This document shows positions 9,114 to 17,232 of a stretch of DNA of 34,209 nt, one piece after another (within the stretch, counting starts at the first letter, position 1; the number at the start of each line of letters is the position of its first letter). The stretch spans positions 1-34,209 of the forward strand of contig DASPQQ010000282.1 in NCBI GenBank assembly GCA_035624885.1, in the 5' to 3' direction. The translations under genes were made by a program, and so were the position numbers. The DNA comes from Bryobacteraceae bacterium. GTDB taxonomy: Bacteria > Acidobacteriota > Terriglobia > Bryobacterales > Bryobacteraceae. The notes beneath the pieces are model-generated. The model did no database searches. It had not been told where the DNA came from and worked only from the letters and a program-made list of their open reading frames with translations.

Positions 9114-9406
9114 GCCGGCGACCTCGCGCAGGGCACTCCCGTCTCCACGCTTTTCCGCAGCCGGCCCATCTATGAAGTCGCCAACCTGCTCGGCTTCGGC
9201 GCCTCCACGCTCGGCAACCATGAATTCGATTACGCCTGGAAGCGCGTCCAGGAGTTCGCGCGCATCCCGCATTTCCCGGTCGTCTCCGCCAACGTTGTGG
9301 ACGCGCAGGGCAGGCCGATCACCGGCAAACCGGACGTCATCCTCCACCCGGCGGCTTGCGCGACGCCGTCATCGACTGGATCCGCAGAAAGAACCGCGTC
9401 CCCTGA
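9114..9406 (+). pseudogene. Remnant of a 5'-nucleotidase/UshA-type metallophosphoesterase gene, N-terminally truncated and internally deleted
   Basis: The frame directly after the DUF1810 TAA reads AGDLAQGTPVSTLFRSRPIYEVANLLGFGASTLGNHEFDYAWKRVQEFARIPHFPVVSANVVDAQGRPITGKPDVIL. GNHEFD and SANV are calcineurin-like phosphoesterase/5'-nucleotidase motifs. Around 9350 the sense is lost, and a different frame ends with DAVIDWIRRKNRVP-stop (TGA 9404-9406), which resembles the family C-terminus. There is no start codon, and the DxH/GDxxDR motifs and the C-terminal substrate domain are absent. Confidence 0.6.
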
Positions 9407-9925
9407 TCAGTTCGCCCCGACCCTCACGTATCCCCGCATCTCGAGATTCACCAGCGTCGTCAGGGCCCACAGATCCAGTTCAATCTCCGGCTGTATCGTC
9501 TTCGGGTCGATCTTGTTGGCCAGCACCGCCTGTCCGCACACACGGAAATCGACACCGGCCTTCGCCAGTTCGCGAATCAAGGGGATATTGGGGTTGTCAT
9601 GCCCTTCGTAGCGCGCCCGGAACGCCTCATTGTTGAGCACGATGGGCGTCCCGCCCTGATGCATCACGACCGCGATCTTCCGGTGATCGGCCGGCACGCC
9701 GTTCTTCGCCAGCGTATTCACGAAGCGCGCAATCGCCGTCAGCGTCGGATTGACCTGATCGATCTTGTCTGCTCCCTTCGCAATGTCGAACACGACCTTA
9801 TAGGTCATGTTCGGATCGGGCAGTTCCTTCGCGCCCGCGATATCCTTCGCCACAGGCGCATCCGGCACCGGCAACGTCTGCGCCTGCGCGGCGAAAGCGG
9901 CAATCAGTATGAGAAGCGTCTTCAT
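9407..9925 (-). CDS. Exported DsrE/DsrF-like (COG1416-type) protein
   Basis: 172 aa from ATG 9925. Signal peptide MKTLLILIAAFAAQAQ. The body YKVVFDI...IAVVMHQGGTPIVL...AGVDFRVCGQAV...LEMRGYVRV fits the DsrE-like fold pattern. The start overlaps the cupin stop (ATGA). Confidence 0.7.
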   Translation of the reverse strand: MKTLLILIAAFAAQAQTLPVPDAPVAKDIAGAKELPDPNMTYKVVFDIAKGADKIDQVNPTLTAIARFVNTLAKNGVPADHRKIAVVMHQGGTPIVLNNEAFRARYEGHDNPNIPLIRELAKAGVDFRVCGQAVLANKIDPKTIQPEIELDLWALTTLVNLEMRGYVRVGAN

Positions 9926-10323
9926 TGGCCACCTGCCTTGTTCAGCCGAAGCGCGTCGAGGAGCGCTCCGGTCTTCACATTGTCGTCCTTGACGAAAATC
10001 TCCATCACCGCCGCGGGCGTCGTCCCCACGTTGCGGAACCCGTGCGGCGTTCCTTTCTGCATGAAGAAAGCCTGGCCTTCCGCGGCCATCACGGGTTTCG
10101 CCGAGCCGATCGTCACTTCGAGCTTCCCGCTGAGCGCGACCCACACGTGATATTTCACGTCCTCATGGGTGTGCACGCTGCGCACGGCGCCCGGTTGCAG
10201 TTCCACCCTCGATACCCGGATCTCCGGCCGATCGATCAGCCGCACCGGTGTCACACCCGGATCCGGACTCTGCGCCAGCGCCGCTGCCGCCATCATTGCC
10301 GGAAGAAAAACATGCATTCGCAT
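9922..10323 (-). CDS. Exported cupin-domain protein
   Basis: 133 aa from ATG 10323, with GAGAGG 6 nt upstream. Signal peptide MRMHVFLPAMMAAAALAQS. Cupin motifs HTHEDVKYHVWV and GTPHGFRNVG are present. Confidence 0.75.
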   Translation of the reverse strand: MRMHVFLPAMMAAAALAQSPDPGVTPVRLIDRPEIRVSRVELQPGAVRSVHTHEDVKYHVWVALSGKLEVTIGSAKPVMAAEGQAFFMQKGTPHGFRNVGTTPAAVMEIFVKDDNVKTGALLDALRLNKAGGQ

Positions 10324-10333
10324 CGCTTGCCTC

Positions 10334-11035
10334 TCAATAACTGTTGAAGTGTGTGAAGTCCCGAATATCCCGGCGCACCCGCGGCATCCGGACCGGCTCA
10401 GCCGCATAGCCCAGCCGGAACGAAAACGCAATCCGCAGTGCGCGCGGAATCTTCAGCAGCCGTTTGATTTCCGTCTCGGCCGGCGGCGCGCTCAGCGAAC
10501 TGACGATATGCACCGCGATCCCGAGCGATTCCGCCATCAGCCAGATATTCTCCATCACGCAGCCGAGGCTGATCGCGCCGAGAAAATCGTTCTGCGATGC
10601 AGGCGCGCGCCGCTTCGGGTCGTACAGCACAATCCCCAGCGCCGAACTCGATTCGATCTGCCGCTCCTGAAAACCGCTGCGGTCCACGCTGCGGATCTCC
10701 TTCGGCGTCGCGTCCGGCTTCAGCCATTCCGGCGGAAACGTCGCCGCCAGAATCCCCACCTTTTTCGCCTTCAGCTCCGCTTCCGAAAACGAAAGCTGCC
10801 GGTAGTTCTCGCGCACAAACGTCACCGAGACCGGATTGTGAATCTGGCTGATGCGCATGAGCAGATCGCGATCCTCCACCATCACGATCTCGAAGTTCTG
10901 CATGTTGTGCGCTGTCGGCGCCCATCGCGCGGCTTCGAGAAGCTGATTGAGATCGCGTTTCGGAATGCGCCGCGCGGGATCGAACAGCACTCTCGCCGAG
11001 CGGCGCCTGCGCATGATCTTCAGAAGGTCAGACAT
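10334..11035 (-). CDS. Nitroreductase family protein
   Basis: 233 aa. MRRRRSARVLFDPARRIPKRDLNQLLEAARWAPTAHNMQNFE is the typical nitroreductase N-terminus (RRS.R, APS/T..N.Q). The ATG overlaps the putA stop by 8 nt (ATGTCTGA), with AAGGAG just upstream. Confidence 0.85.
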   Translation of the reverse strand: MSDLLKIMRRRRSARVLFDPARRIPKRDLNQLLEAARWAPTAHNMQNFEIVMVEDRDLLMRISQIHNPVSVTFVRENYRQLSFSEAELKAKKVGILAATFPPEWLKPDATPKEIRSVDRSGFQERQIESSSALGIVLYDPKRRAPASQNDFLGAISLGCVMENIWLMAESLGIAVHIVSSLSAPPAETEIKRLLKIPRALRIAFSFRLGYAAEPVRMPRVRRDIRDFTHFNSY

Positions 11036-14000
11036 AATCTCCTTTCACAATCGACCCGTAGCGGTGATGCAGATACGTCACCGCCTGTTCGCGCAAATAA
11101 TGCCGCAGTTCGATCCTGCCGTCAAGCGAAAGCGGCGCCTCGATCACCAGCGTATGAGCAGCATTGGCCCGCTCACGCGCCTTGCGCGAAAGCGGACGGA
11201 ACGCGCGCACCCGCTCACAAGCCCCGATGCGTTCGAGAAACGCGTCCTCTGATTCCTCGCACACCACCGCCGGCACGCCGCAGATTTCAGCCGCCTTCAG
11301 CGCGAGCGCCGCATCCGCGCGATCCTCCTTCGCCGCCACACGAATCAGGACATTCCGCACCGGCCGGTAGCGGAACACGTTACTCTCCCCGAGGACCTGG
11401 CTCGGATCCTGCTCGCGGCTGAAGTACTCCCGCCACGCCGCCGCATACGAATCCGCTCCCGATCCTCTCTCCCACCGGCACAGGTTGAAAACGTAATTCG
11501 GTCCACCAGCCTTCGCCGCTCCGAACACGCTCTTCTTCCATCCGCCGAACGGCTGCCGCCGCACAATCGCTCCCGTAATGCCGCGATTGATGTAAAGATT
11601 CCCGGCCTCGATCTTCTCCTTCCATAAAGCAATCTCGCGATCGTCGAGCGATTGCAAGCCGCTCGTCAGCCCGAACTCCGCATCGTTGACAATCTCAATC
11701 GCATCGGCAAAATCCCCCGCGCGCATCAACCCCAGCACCGGGCCGAAGCATTCCGTCCGGTGATACCAGGACCCGCGCTTCACTCCCATGCGAATCCCCG
11801 GCGACCACAGCCGCGCGTTCCCGTTCACCATGCGCGGCTCGAGCAGCCAGCTCTCGCCTTCATCGAGTCGGGCAAGCCCGCGCAGCAAAGCCTCGCCCGG
11901 CTCCCGAATCACCGGTGTCACCACGCTCCCGAGGTCCCACGCCTCGCCCACCGCGAGACTCGCCGCCGCGTCGCGCAGCCGGTTCAGAAAAGACGCGCTG
12001 TCGTAAACCTCCGCTTCGAGCACCGCCAGACTTGCCGCCGAACACTTCTGTCCCGCGTGTCCAAACGCGCTGCGCACCAGATCCCTGATCGCCTGATCGC
12101 GATCCGAAAGCGCCGTCACGATGATGCTGTTTTTCCCGCTCGTCTCCGCGATCAGATGCAGCTCCGGCTTCCAGTTCTTGAACAGCCGCGCGGTCTCATA
12201 GCTGCCGGTCAGAATCACCGTGCTCACCCGCGCATCGGTCACCAGCGATTGCCCCGCCGCGTCATCCGTCGTCGGCAGAAACTGCAGCACTGGACCGGGA
12301 ATGCCCGCGTCCCACAAACACATGCACAGGTGCCAGCCCGTCAGCACCGATTCGGGCGCCGGTTTCAGAATCACCGTATTCGCCGCCATCAGCGCCGCCA
12401 GCACGCCGCCCGCCGGAATCGCCAGCGGGAAATTCCACGGCGGCGTCACCAGCACCGTGCCCACCGGCTCATGCCCGCCTTCCGCCATGCCGTCGAACGC
12501 GCGCGCATAGTAGTTTGCGAAATCGATCGCCTCGCTCACTTCCGGATCGCCTTCGCTCGGGCTCTTGCTCGTATCGCGCATCATCACGCCGATGAGTTCG
12601 CCGCGCCGCTCCGCCAGAATCTCGGCCGCGCGCACCAGCGACCGCCGCCGCTGCGCCACGCTCGTCGCGCCCCACTCCGCCCGCGCCGCGACCGCCGCGT
12701 CGAGGGCCATCCCGATCTCGCTCGCCGTCGCCACAGCATACCGGTAACCCGCCCGCCCGCTGCCATACAGATTCGGCGTGAAGAGCGTGCCATCGATCCC
12801 GAGAGGAATATCAGGGATCTCCGCATCCTTCCAGCGCGCGACGAAGCCGCGAACCCACGCCTGGTTATGCGGCAAAGCCCAGTCCGTGTCGGGCTCGTTA
12901 TGAAACGGCGCATCGGCGTCGAAGCGCCGCACTTCCGTATTCCGGTCCTGTGTCCGCCGCGGCGCCGAAGAGATGCGATCGCGATTCGCCACCGCCGCGA
13001 GAAACGCGTCTTTCTGCGCCTCCCATCGCGCATCCCCCACCGTCATGCCGAAAAGATCGTGCAGAAAATTGCCTTCCGCCGCATTCTCGTCGAGCCGCCG
13101 CAAAAGATACGAAATCGCGCTGCGAAAATCCTCGCGTGTTACCACCGGCGCATAGAGCAGAATCCCGCCCGCCGCCTTCTTCACCGCGCGCGCCCCGGGA
13201 TTCGCCATCCCCTCCAGCATCTCGATCCCGGCGAACTGCTCCACGCCGTTCCGGCGCCGCAGCAGAATCGCCCACGCCACGTCGAACAGGTTGTGGCTCG
13301 CAATTCCCGCATGCACGGCGCGCGCATGCTCCGGCTCGAGCGCCCACGCGACCATCCGCTTGTAATTCGCATCCACCTCGGCCTTCACGGGAAACGTGGC
13401 CTCCGGCCATCCGTGCAGCGCCGCTTCCACCCGCTCCATCCCGAGATTCGCGCCCTTCACAATCCGCACCTTGATCGGAGCCCCGCCCGCGGCCACGCGC
13501 CGCATCGCCCACGCCGTCAGCTCCTTCTGCTGCTCATGCGAATCCGGCAGATAAGCCTGCAGCACAATGCCCGCATGGAAGGGCTGAAACTCCGGCTCTT
13601 CCAGCGTCCGCCGGAAGGCATCGATCGTCAGATGCAGGTCCCGATACTCTTCCATGTCGAGATTCACGAACGCCGGCATGGACCGCATCGCCGCGCGATA
13701 CAGTTCCCGCAGCCGCTTCCGGATCGCCTCCACGCTGGTCTCATAATCGAGCAGATTGATCTGGCTGAGCACCGAAGAGATCTTCACCGACACGTAATCC
13801 ACATCCGGCCGCTCGATGAGCCGGATATAAGATTCCAGGCGCGCCTGCGCCTCTTCCTCGCCAAGAATGGCCTCGCCGAGCTGATTCAGATTCAGCCGGA
13901 TCCCTTCCCGGCGCCGCTTCTCCAGATGCGCCCGCAGCGCATGCTCTTCGCCGGACAGAATCACCGCGCGGGTCTTACGCCGCAGCCGCGCCATCACAGC

Positions 14001-14342
14001 CGGCACCACGATGCCGGGCAGCACCGGCCCCGCCACGCCGGCGAGCCACATCGCCCGGCGTTCCCAGCCCGAAAGATACCTGGGAATCCCGTAGGTCCGG
14101 ATCAGAAACCGAAGCTGATCCGCGATGCGCGCCGGCTGGTCGCTGCGGAACACCTGATCGCTCATCGCGATGGTGAGCGCGCGCCCGCGCGGATCGGACA
14201 TCAGCCGCGCCAGTTCGAGCGAACGGGCCCGCTCGTCCGCCGTCTCCGTCCTTGCCGCCTCGGTCAGCAGCGTGGCCGCCAGGCTCGCCGCCTCGTTCGC
14301 CAGTCCAGTCTCGTCGGGCAGGGGATGGCCTCCGACGGCCAT
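11028..14342 (-). CDS. putA: Bifunctional proline dehydrogenase / L-glutamate gamma-semialdehyde (P5C) dehydrogenase PutA, with no RHH DNA-binding domain
   Basis: 1104 aa. The N-terminal half is PRODH-like (NLNQLGEA..., YVSVKISS, IVKGANL, ASHNLFD). The middle is an ALDH domain (ETSGKN, GQKCSAAS with the catalytic Cys, PFGGWKKS). A C-terminal ALDH-like extension follows. Confidence 0.95.
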   Translation of the reverse strand: MAVGGHPLPDETGLANEAASLAATLLTEAARTETADERARSLELARLMSDPRGRALTIAMSDQVFRSDQPARIADQLRFLIRTYGIPRYLSGWERRAMWLAGVAGPVLPGIVVPAVMARLRRKTRAVILSGEEHALRAHLEKRRREGIRLNLNQLGEAILGEEEAQARLESYIRLIERPDVDYVSVKISSVLSQINLLDYETSVEAIRKRLRELYRAAMRSMPAFVNLDMEEYRDLHLTIDAFRRTLEEPEFQPFHAGIVLQAYLPDSHEQQKELTAWAMRRVAAGGAPIKVRIVKGANLGMERVEAALHGWPEATFPVKAEVDANYKRMVAWALEPEHARAVHAGIASHNLFDVAWAILLRRRNGVEQFAGIEMLEGMANPGARAVKKAAGGILLYAPVVTREDFRSAISYLLRRLDENAAEGNFLHDLFGMTVGDARWEAQKDAFLAAVANRDRISSAPRRTQDRNTEVRRFDADAPFHNEPDTDWALPHNQAWVRGFVARWKDAEIPDIPLGIDGTLFTPNLYGSGRAGYRYAVATASEIGMALDAAVAARAEWGATSVAQRRRSLVRAAEILAERRGELIGVMMRDTSKSPSEGDPEVSEAIDFANYYARAFDGMAEGGHEPVGTVLVTPPWNFPLAIPAGGVLAALMAANTVILKPAPESVLTGWHLCMCLWDAGIPGPVLQFLPTTDDAAGQSLVTDARVSTVILTGSYETARLFKNWKPELHLIAETSGKNSIIVTALSDRDQAIRDLVRSAFGHAGQKCSAASLAVLEAEVYDSASFLNRLRDAAASLAVGEAWDLGSVVTPVIREPGEALLRGLARLDEGESWLLEPRMVNGNARLWSPGIRMGVKRGSWYHRTECFGPVLGLMRAGDFADAIEIVNDAEFGLTSGLQSLDDREIALWKEKIEAGNLYINRGITGAIVRRQPFGGWKKSVFGAAKAGGPNYVFNLCRWERGSGADSYAAAWREYFSREQDPSQVLGESNVFRYRPVRNVLIRVAAKEDRADAALALKAAEICGVPAVVCEESEDAFLERIGACERVRAFRPLSRKARERANAAHTLVIEAPLSLDGRIELRHYLREQAVTYLHHRYGSIVKGDYV

Positions 14343-14397
14343 CGTCGCACGCTTCCGCGCTCCGCCGCGGTCCGGGCCGGCCCGCTATACTGCCCAC

Positions 14398-14661
14398 GTG
14401 ACCACTTTCGCCGACGTCGCGAAGGCCCGCGCCTCGTACAAAATTTTCCGCGAAGCCATGAACGCCGGCCGCGAAATCATGCGCCGCGCCGGCGTCGTCG
14501 AGCCTCCCGAGGTTCCCGACTTCGACACCGTCTTCCGCCGCATAACGCCCGAGCTGAAGCAGGAACTCTATGCCGCGCTGAACCAGACCGGATCCACCGC
14601 TCCCGCCGACGTCATCCGTCTCTGGCAGCCCTTCGTCCGCCGCGCTTTCATGAAAGGCTGA
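14398..14661 (+). CDS. Small hypothetical protein of about 87 aa with no recognisable domain
   Basis: GC3 is high throughout this frame. The track ORF begins at 14170 inside putA, which is implausible. The first in-frame start outside putA is GTG 14398 (VTTFADVAKARASYKIFREAMNAGREIM...). The start is uncertain. Confidence 0.45.
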   Translation: MTTFADVAKARASYKIFREAMNAGREIMRRAGVVEPPEVPDFDTVFRRITPELKQELYAALNQTGSTAPADVIRLWQPFVRRAFMKG

Positions 14662-14678
14662 AACCCGCGGGCCGCGGT

Positions 14679-15089
14679 TCAGCCCTGAACTTCCAGATCG
14701 CGATCCGGACTCGCGGCAATCCTCGCGCGGATCTCGAGCCCGCTCTCGCCATGGACGCCCGCCACCGGGACGATGCATCCCTCCGACGCTTCGCCCGGTT
14801 CGGCCACGCTGTCGGCGTGAATCAGAAAGCCGCTGCGCCCGTGCATCCGGGTTTCCGCGTCCGGATTGAGGTGCATCGTGTATTGCCCGCGATGCGGATC
14901 GTCGTACGCGGGCCCGATCGTGTACTTTCCCGCCGGCAACGGTCCGAAATTTCCCGCGCCGAGCGAACCCATCGGCGCGCTGCAGCATTCCGGATTGTTT
15001 TTGCCTGTGCCTCGCCCCGCGTAACCGGTCGCCGCCGGCTGCCCGTCCAGCGAGAGCTGGCCCGTCGAAATCACAAAGCACCAGCTCAT
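14679..15089 (-). CDS. Stand-alone Tlde1/DUF2778 domain protein (L,D-transpeptidase-fold, T6SS-effector-like family)
   Basis: This is the last 136 codons of the 832-aa track ORF. The sequence is MSWCFVISTGQLSLDGQPAATGYAGRGTGKNNPECCSAPMGSLGAGNFGPLPAGKYTIG...GRSGFLIHADSVAEPGEASEGCIV. The GYxGxGxGKNNP, GP(L/I)PxGxYxI and H...S-x-G-C-I blocks match the DUF2778/YkuD-like pattern as I remember it. No signal peptide is present. The rest of the track ORF is antisense shadow. Confidence 0.7.
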   Translation of the reverse strand: MSWCFVISTGQLSLDGQPAATGYAGRGTGKNNPECCSAPMGSLGAGNFGPLPAGKYTIGPAYDDPHRGQYTMHLNPDAETRMHGRSGFLIHADSVAEPGEASEGCIVPVAGVHGESGLEIRARIAASPDRDLEVQG

Positions 15090-15149
15090 GATCCCTGGAT
15101 CATACCGCTTCCCGCGCCTGCTGCCGTGCTCTGATAGTGGTTCGGGCCA

Positions 15150-16346
15150 ATGGCAGCCTTTCCCGAACAGATCGACAGGCAGCGGTTTCGCTCCGCTCTT
15201 CGCTTCATCGTCTGTCTCGGCGTCGTCAGTCTCTTTGCGGACGTGACCTACGAAGGCGCCCGCAGCATCATCGGCCCGTACCTGCGCGACCTCGGCGCTT
15301 CGCCCTTCGAGGTCGCTCTCATCGCGGGCGTCGGCGAAATGCTCGCCGCCGGCCTCCGCTTCTTCTCCGGCCGCCTCGCCGACCGCACCCGCGCTTACTG
15401 GACCCTCACCTTCCTCGGCTACGCCACCAACGTCATCGCCGTGCCCGCGCTCGCGCTCGTTCCCACCTGGCAGGCCGCCGCCATCCTTGTGATCGCCGAG
15501 CGCACCGGCAAAGCCCTCCGCGGCCCGGCGCGCGACGTTCTCCTCTCCGGAGCCACCGAAGACGTCGGCCACGGCTGGGGCTTCGGTCTCCACGCCATCA
15601 TGGACCAGACCGGCGCCGTCATCGGACCGCTTCTCATGGTCGCCGCGGTCGCCCGCTCGCACCACTTCGGCCCCGGCTTCCTCTGGCTCGTCTTCCCGGC
15701 CATCGGAACTCTTCTCGCGCTCTTCTCCGCGCGCATCCTCAATCCGCAGCGCTCCAATCCCGTCATCAAGACGTCCGGCTCTCAGCCACTCCCGCGCGTC
15801 TTCTGGCTCTACATCGCCGCCGCCGGCCTGCTTGCCTGCGGCATGATCGACTTCCCGCTCCTCGCCTATCGTTTCCAGAGCTCCGGCGTCGCCACCGAAG
15901 CCGCGATCCCGCTGCTCTACGCCGCCGCCATGGGCGTCAACGGCCTCACCGCGCTCCTCTTCGGCAGACTCTTCGATCGCTTCGGCCTCGGCGCGCTCAC
16001 TCTCGGAACCCTGATCTCGCTGCTCTCTCTCCCGCTCGGTTTTCTCGGCGGACCCGTGGCCGCCATCGCCGCCGTCGGCTGCTGGGCCACCGGACTCGGC
16101 GCGCAGGACGCCTGCCTCCGTTCCGGCATCGCCACCGTCGTCTCCATGAACAAACGCGGCGCCGCCTTCGGCGTCTTCAACGGCGTCTTCGGCGTCGCCT
16201 GGTTTCTCGGCAGCGCCGTCATGGGACTGCTCTACGCATACTCTCTCCCCGCACTCGTCTTCTTCGGAGCGGCCGCTCAATTCGCCGCCGCCGCCTTTTT
16301 CTTCCGTCTCCGCACGCAACTCGCTCCGCGCTCCGCGGCGGATTGA
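15150..16346 (+). CDS. MFS transporter
   Basis: 398 aa with about 12 hydrophobic segments. Loop motif GRLADRTR between TM2 and TM3, GKALRGPARD after TM4, and a second half with a similar layout. Confidence 0.85.
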   Translation: MAAFPEQIDRQRFRSALRFIVCLGVVSLFADVTYEGARSIIGPYLRDLGASPFEVALIAGVGEMLAAGLRFFSGRLADRTRAYWTLTFLGYATNVIAVPALALVPTWQAAAILVIAERTGKALRGPARDVLLSGATEDVGHGWGFGLHAIMDQTGAVIGPLLMVAAVARSHHFGPGFLWLVFPAIGTLLALFSARILNPQRSNPVIKTSGSQPLPRVFWLYIAAAGLLACGMIDFPLLAYRFQSSGVATEAAIPLLYAAAMGVNGLTALLFGRLFDRFGLGALTLGTLISLLSLPLGFLGGPVAAIAAVGCWATGLGAQDACLRSGIATVVSMNKRGAAFGVFNGVFGVAWFLGSAVMGLLYAYSLPALVFFGAAAQFAAAAFFFRLRTQLAPRSAAD

Positions 16347-16418
16347 CGCGCCCGGCCGGCTTGCTCGAAAAACTGTGATATCCTGCCGGGCAAGCAAAAA
16401 CACAAAGGAGCCATACCG

Positions 16419-17006
16419 ATGAAAAACTTCTCTCTCCCGCTCGTGCTCGCCGGCCTGCTCAGCATCCCTGTGCTGGCCGCCCTCAAACCAGCCGATCAGG
16501 CTCCCGACTTCTCCGCCCGCGCCTCTCTTGCCGGCAAGGAATTCGGCTTCTCGCTCGCCGACGCCCTGCAGAAAGGTCCCGTCGTCGTCTACTTCTACCC
16601 CTCCGCCTACACCCAGGGCTGCGACATCGAAGCCCACACCTTCGCCGAGCAGAAAGATAAATTCGACGCGGCCGGCGCCACCATCATCGGCGTCTCGGCC
16701 GACAGCATCGCGCGCCTCAACCAGTTCTCCGCCGACCCCGATTACTGCGCCGGCAAATTCCCCGTCGCCTCCGACTCCGATCGCAAAATCGCGAGCTCCT
16801 ACAACCTGAAGACCATGAACCTTCCGGCCGGCATGAAGGACGTGCGCGGCGTCGTGATCGACCACGACTTCATCGAGCGCACCACCTTCGTCATCGGCAA
16901 AGACCACAAAATCGTCGCGACCCTCTCGAGCGCCGACGACAAAATCTCCCCCGCCCAGCACGTGCAAAAAGCCCTCGAAATCGTCCAGCAGCTCAACTCG
17001 AAATAA
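16419..17006 (+). CDS. Exported peroxiredoxin (AhpC/TSA-Bcp-like redoxin)
   Basis: AAGGAG lies 8 nt upstream of the ATG. Signal peptide MKNFSLPLVLAGLLSIPVLAA. Contains APDFS...GPVVVYFYPSAYTQGC (peroxidatic Cys context) and IIGVSADS. Confidence 0.85.
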   Translation: MKNFSLPLVLAGLLSIPVLAALKPADQAPDFSARASLAGKEFGFSLADALQKGPVVVYFYPSAYTQGCDIEAHTFAEQKDKFDAAGATIIGVSADSIARLNQFSADPDYCAGKFPVASDSDRKIASSYNLKTMNLPAGMKDVRGVVIDHDFIERTTFVIGKDHKIVATLSSADDKISPAQHVQKALEIVQQLNSK

Positions 17007-17030
17007 AAGTCTGCCTCGCGTTACCCGGCA

Positions 17031-17061
17031 GAGCCGGCGTTTGGCCCGGGACCGCCGGCTC
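17031..17061 (+). terminator. GC-rich hairpin downstream of the peroxiredoxin gene; candidate terminator lacking a U-tract
   Basis: A 9-bp perfect stem, GAGCCGGCG (17031-17039) with CGCCGGCTC (17053-17061), encloses a 13-nt loop and starts 25 nt after the stop. No T-run follows, so function is uncertain. Confidence 0.25.
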
Positions 17062-17232
17062 CGCCGGGAGCCCTGATCCTCCTCGATTCCGCTTGCGCAA
17101 AATGACGCAGTTTCCGGGCCTATTGGCGCGTCAGACGCGATTCTTCTGCCCGCCCGGCGCAAAATCGCGAAATACACACCGCGGTTGAGACCTCAAGCGG
17201 CTTGCCGCGTGCATACACATCCGCGGGGTGTC

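Noticed and set aside
14662-14678. Short palindromic CCCGCGGG-containing spacer between the convergent small ORF and the Tlde1-like gene, considered as a bidirectional terminator
   Set aside because: Only about 8 bp are self-complementary, the gap is 17 nt, and no U-tract lies on either side. This is too weak to call.
11652-15134. 1160-aa plus-strand ORF, the longest in the window
   Set aside because: It is antisense to putA and its composition is extremely Arg/Pro/His-rich with no motifs. This is a typical shadow ORF of a high-GC gene. The putA frame on the minus strand has clear PRODH and ALDH signatures.
17096-17166. Direct repeat GCGCAAAAT (17096-17104 and 17158-17166) upstream of the sensor gene
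   Set aside because: A single 9-nt repeat pair in a 227-nt spacer has no supporting symmetry and no known motif, so it could easily be chance. It is noted only for anyone mapping the sensor promoter.
15090-17177. Upstream 696 codons of the 832-aa minus-strand ORF 14679..17177
   Set aside because: This part is Gly/Asp/Glu/Arg-rich junk antisense to the MFS and peroxiredoxin genes. Only the last 136 codons (the Tlde1-like domain, from ATG 15089) look like a real protein.
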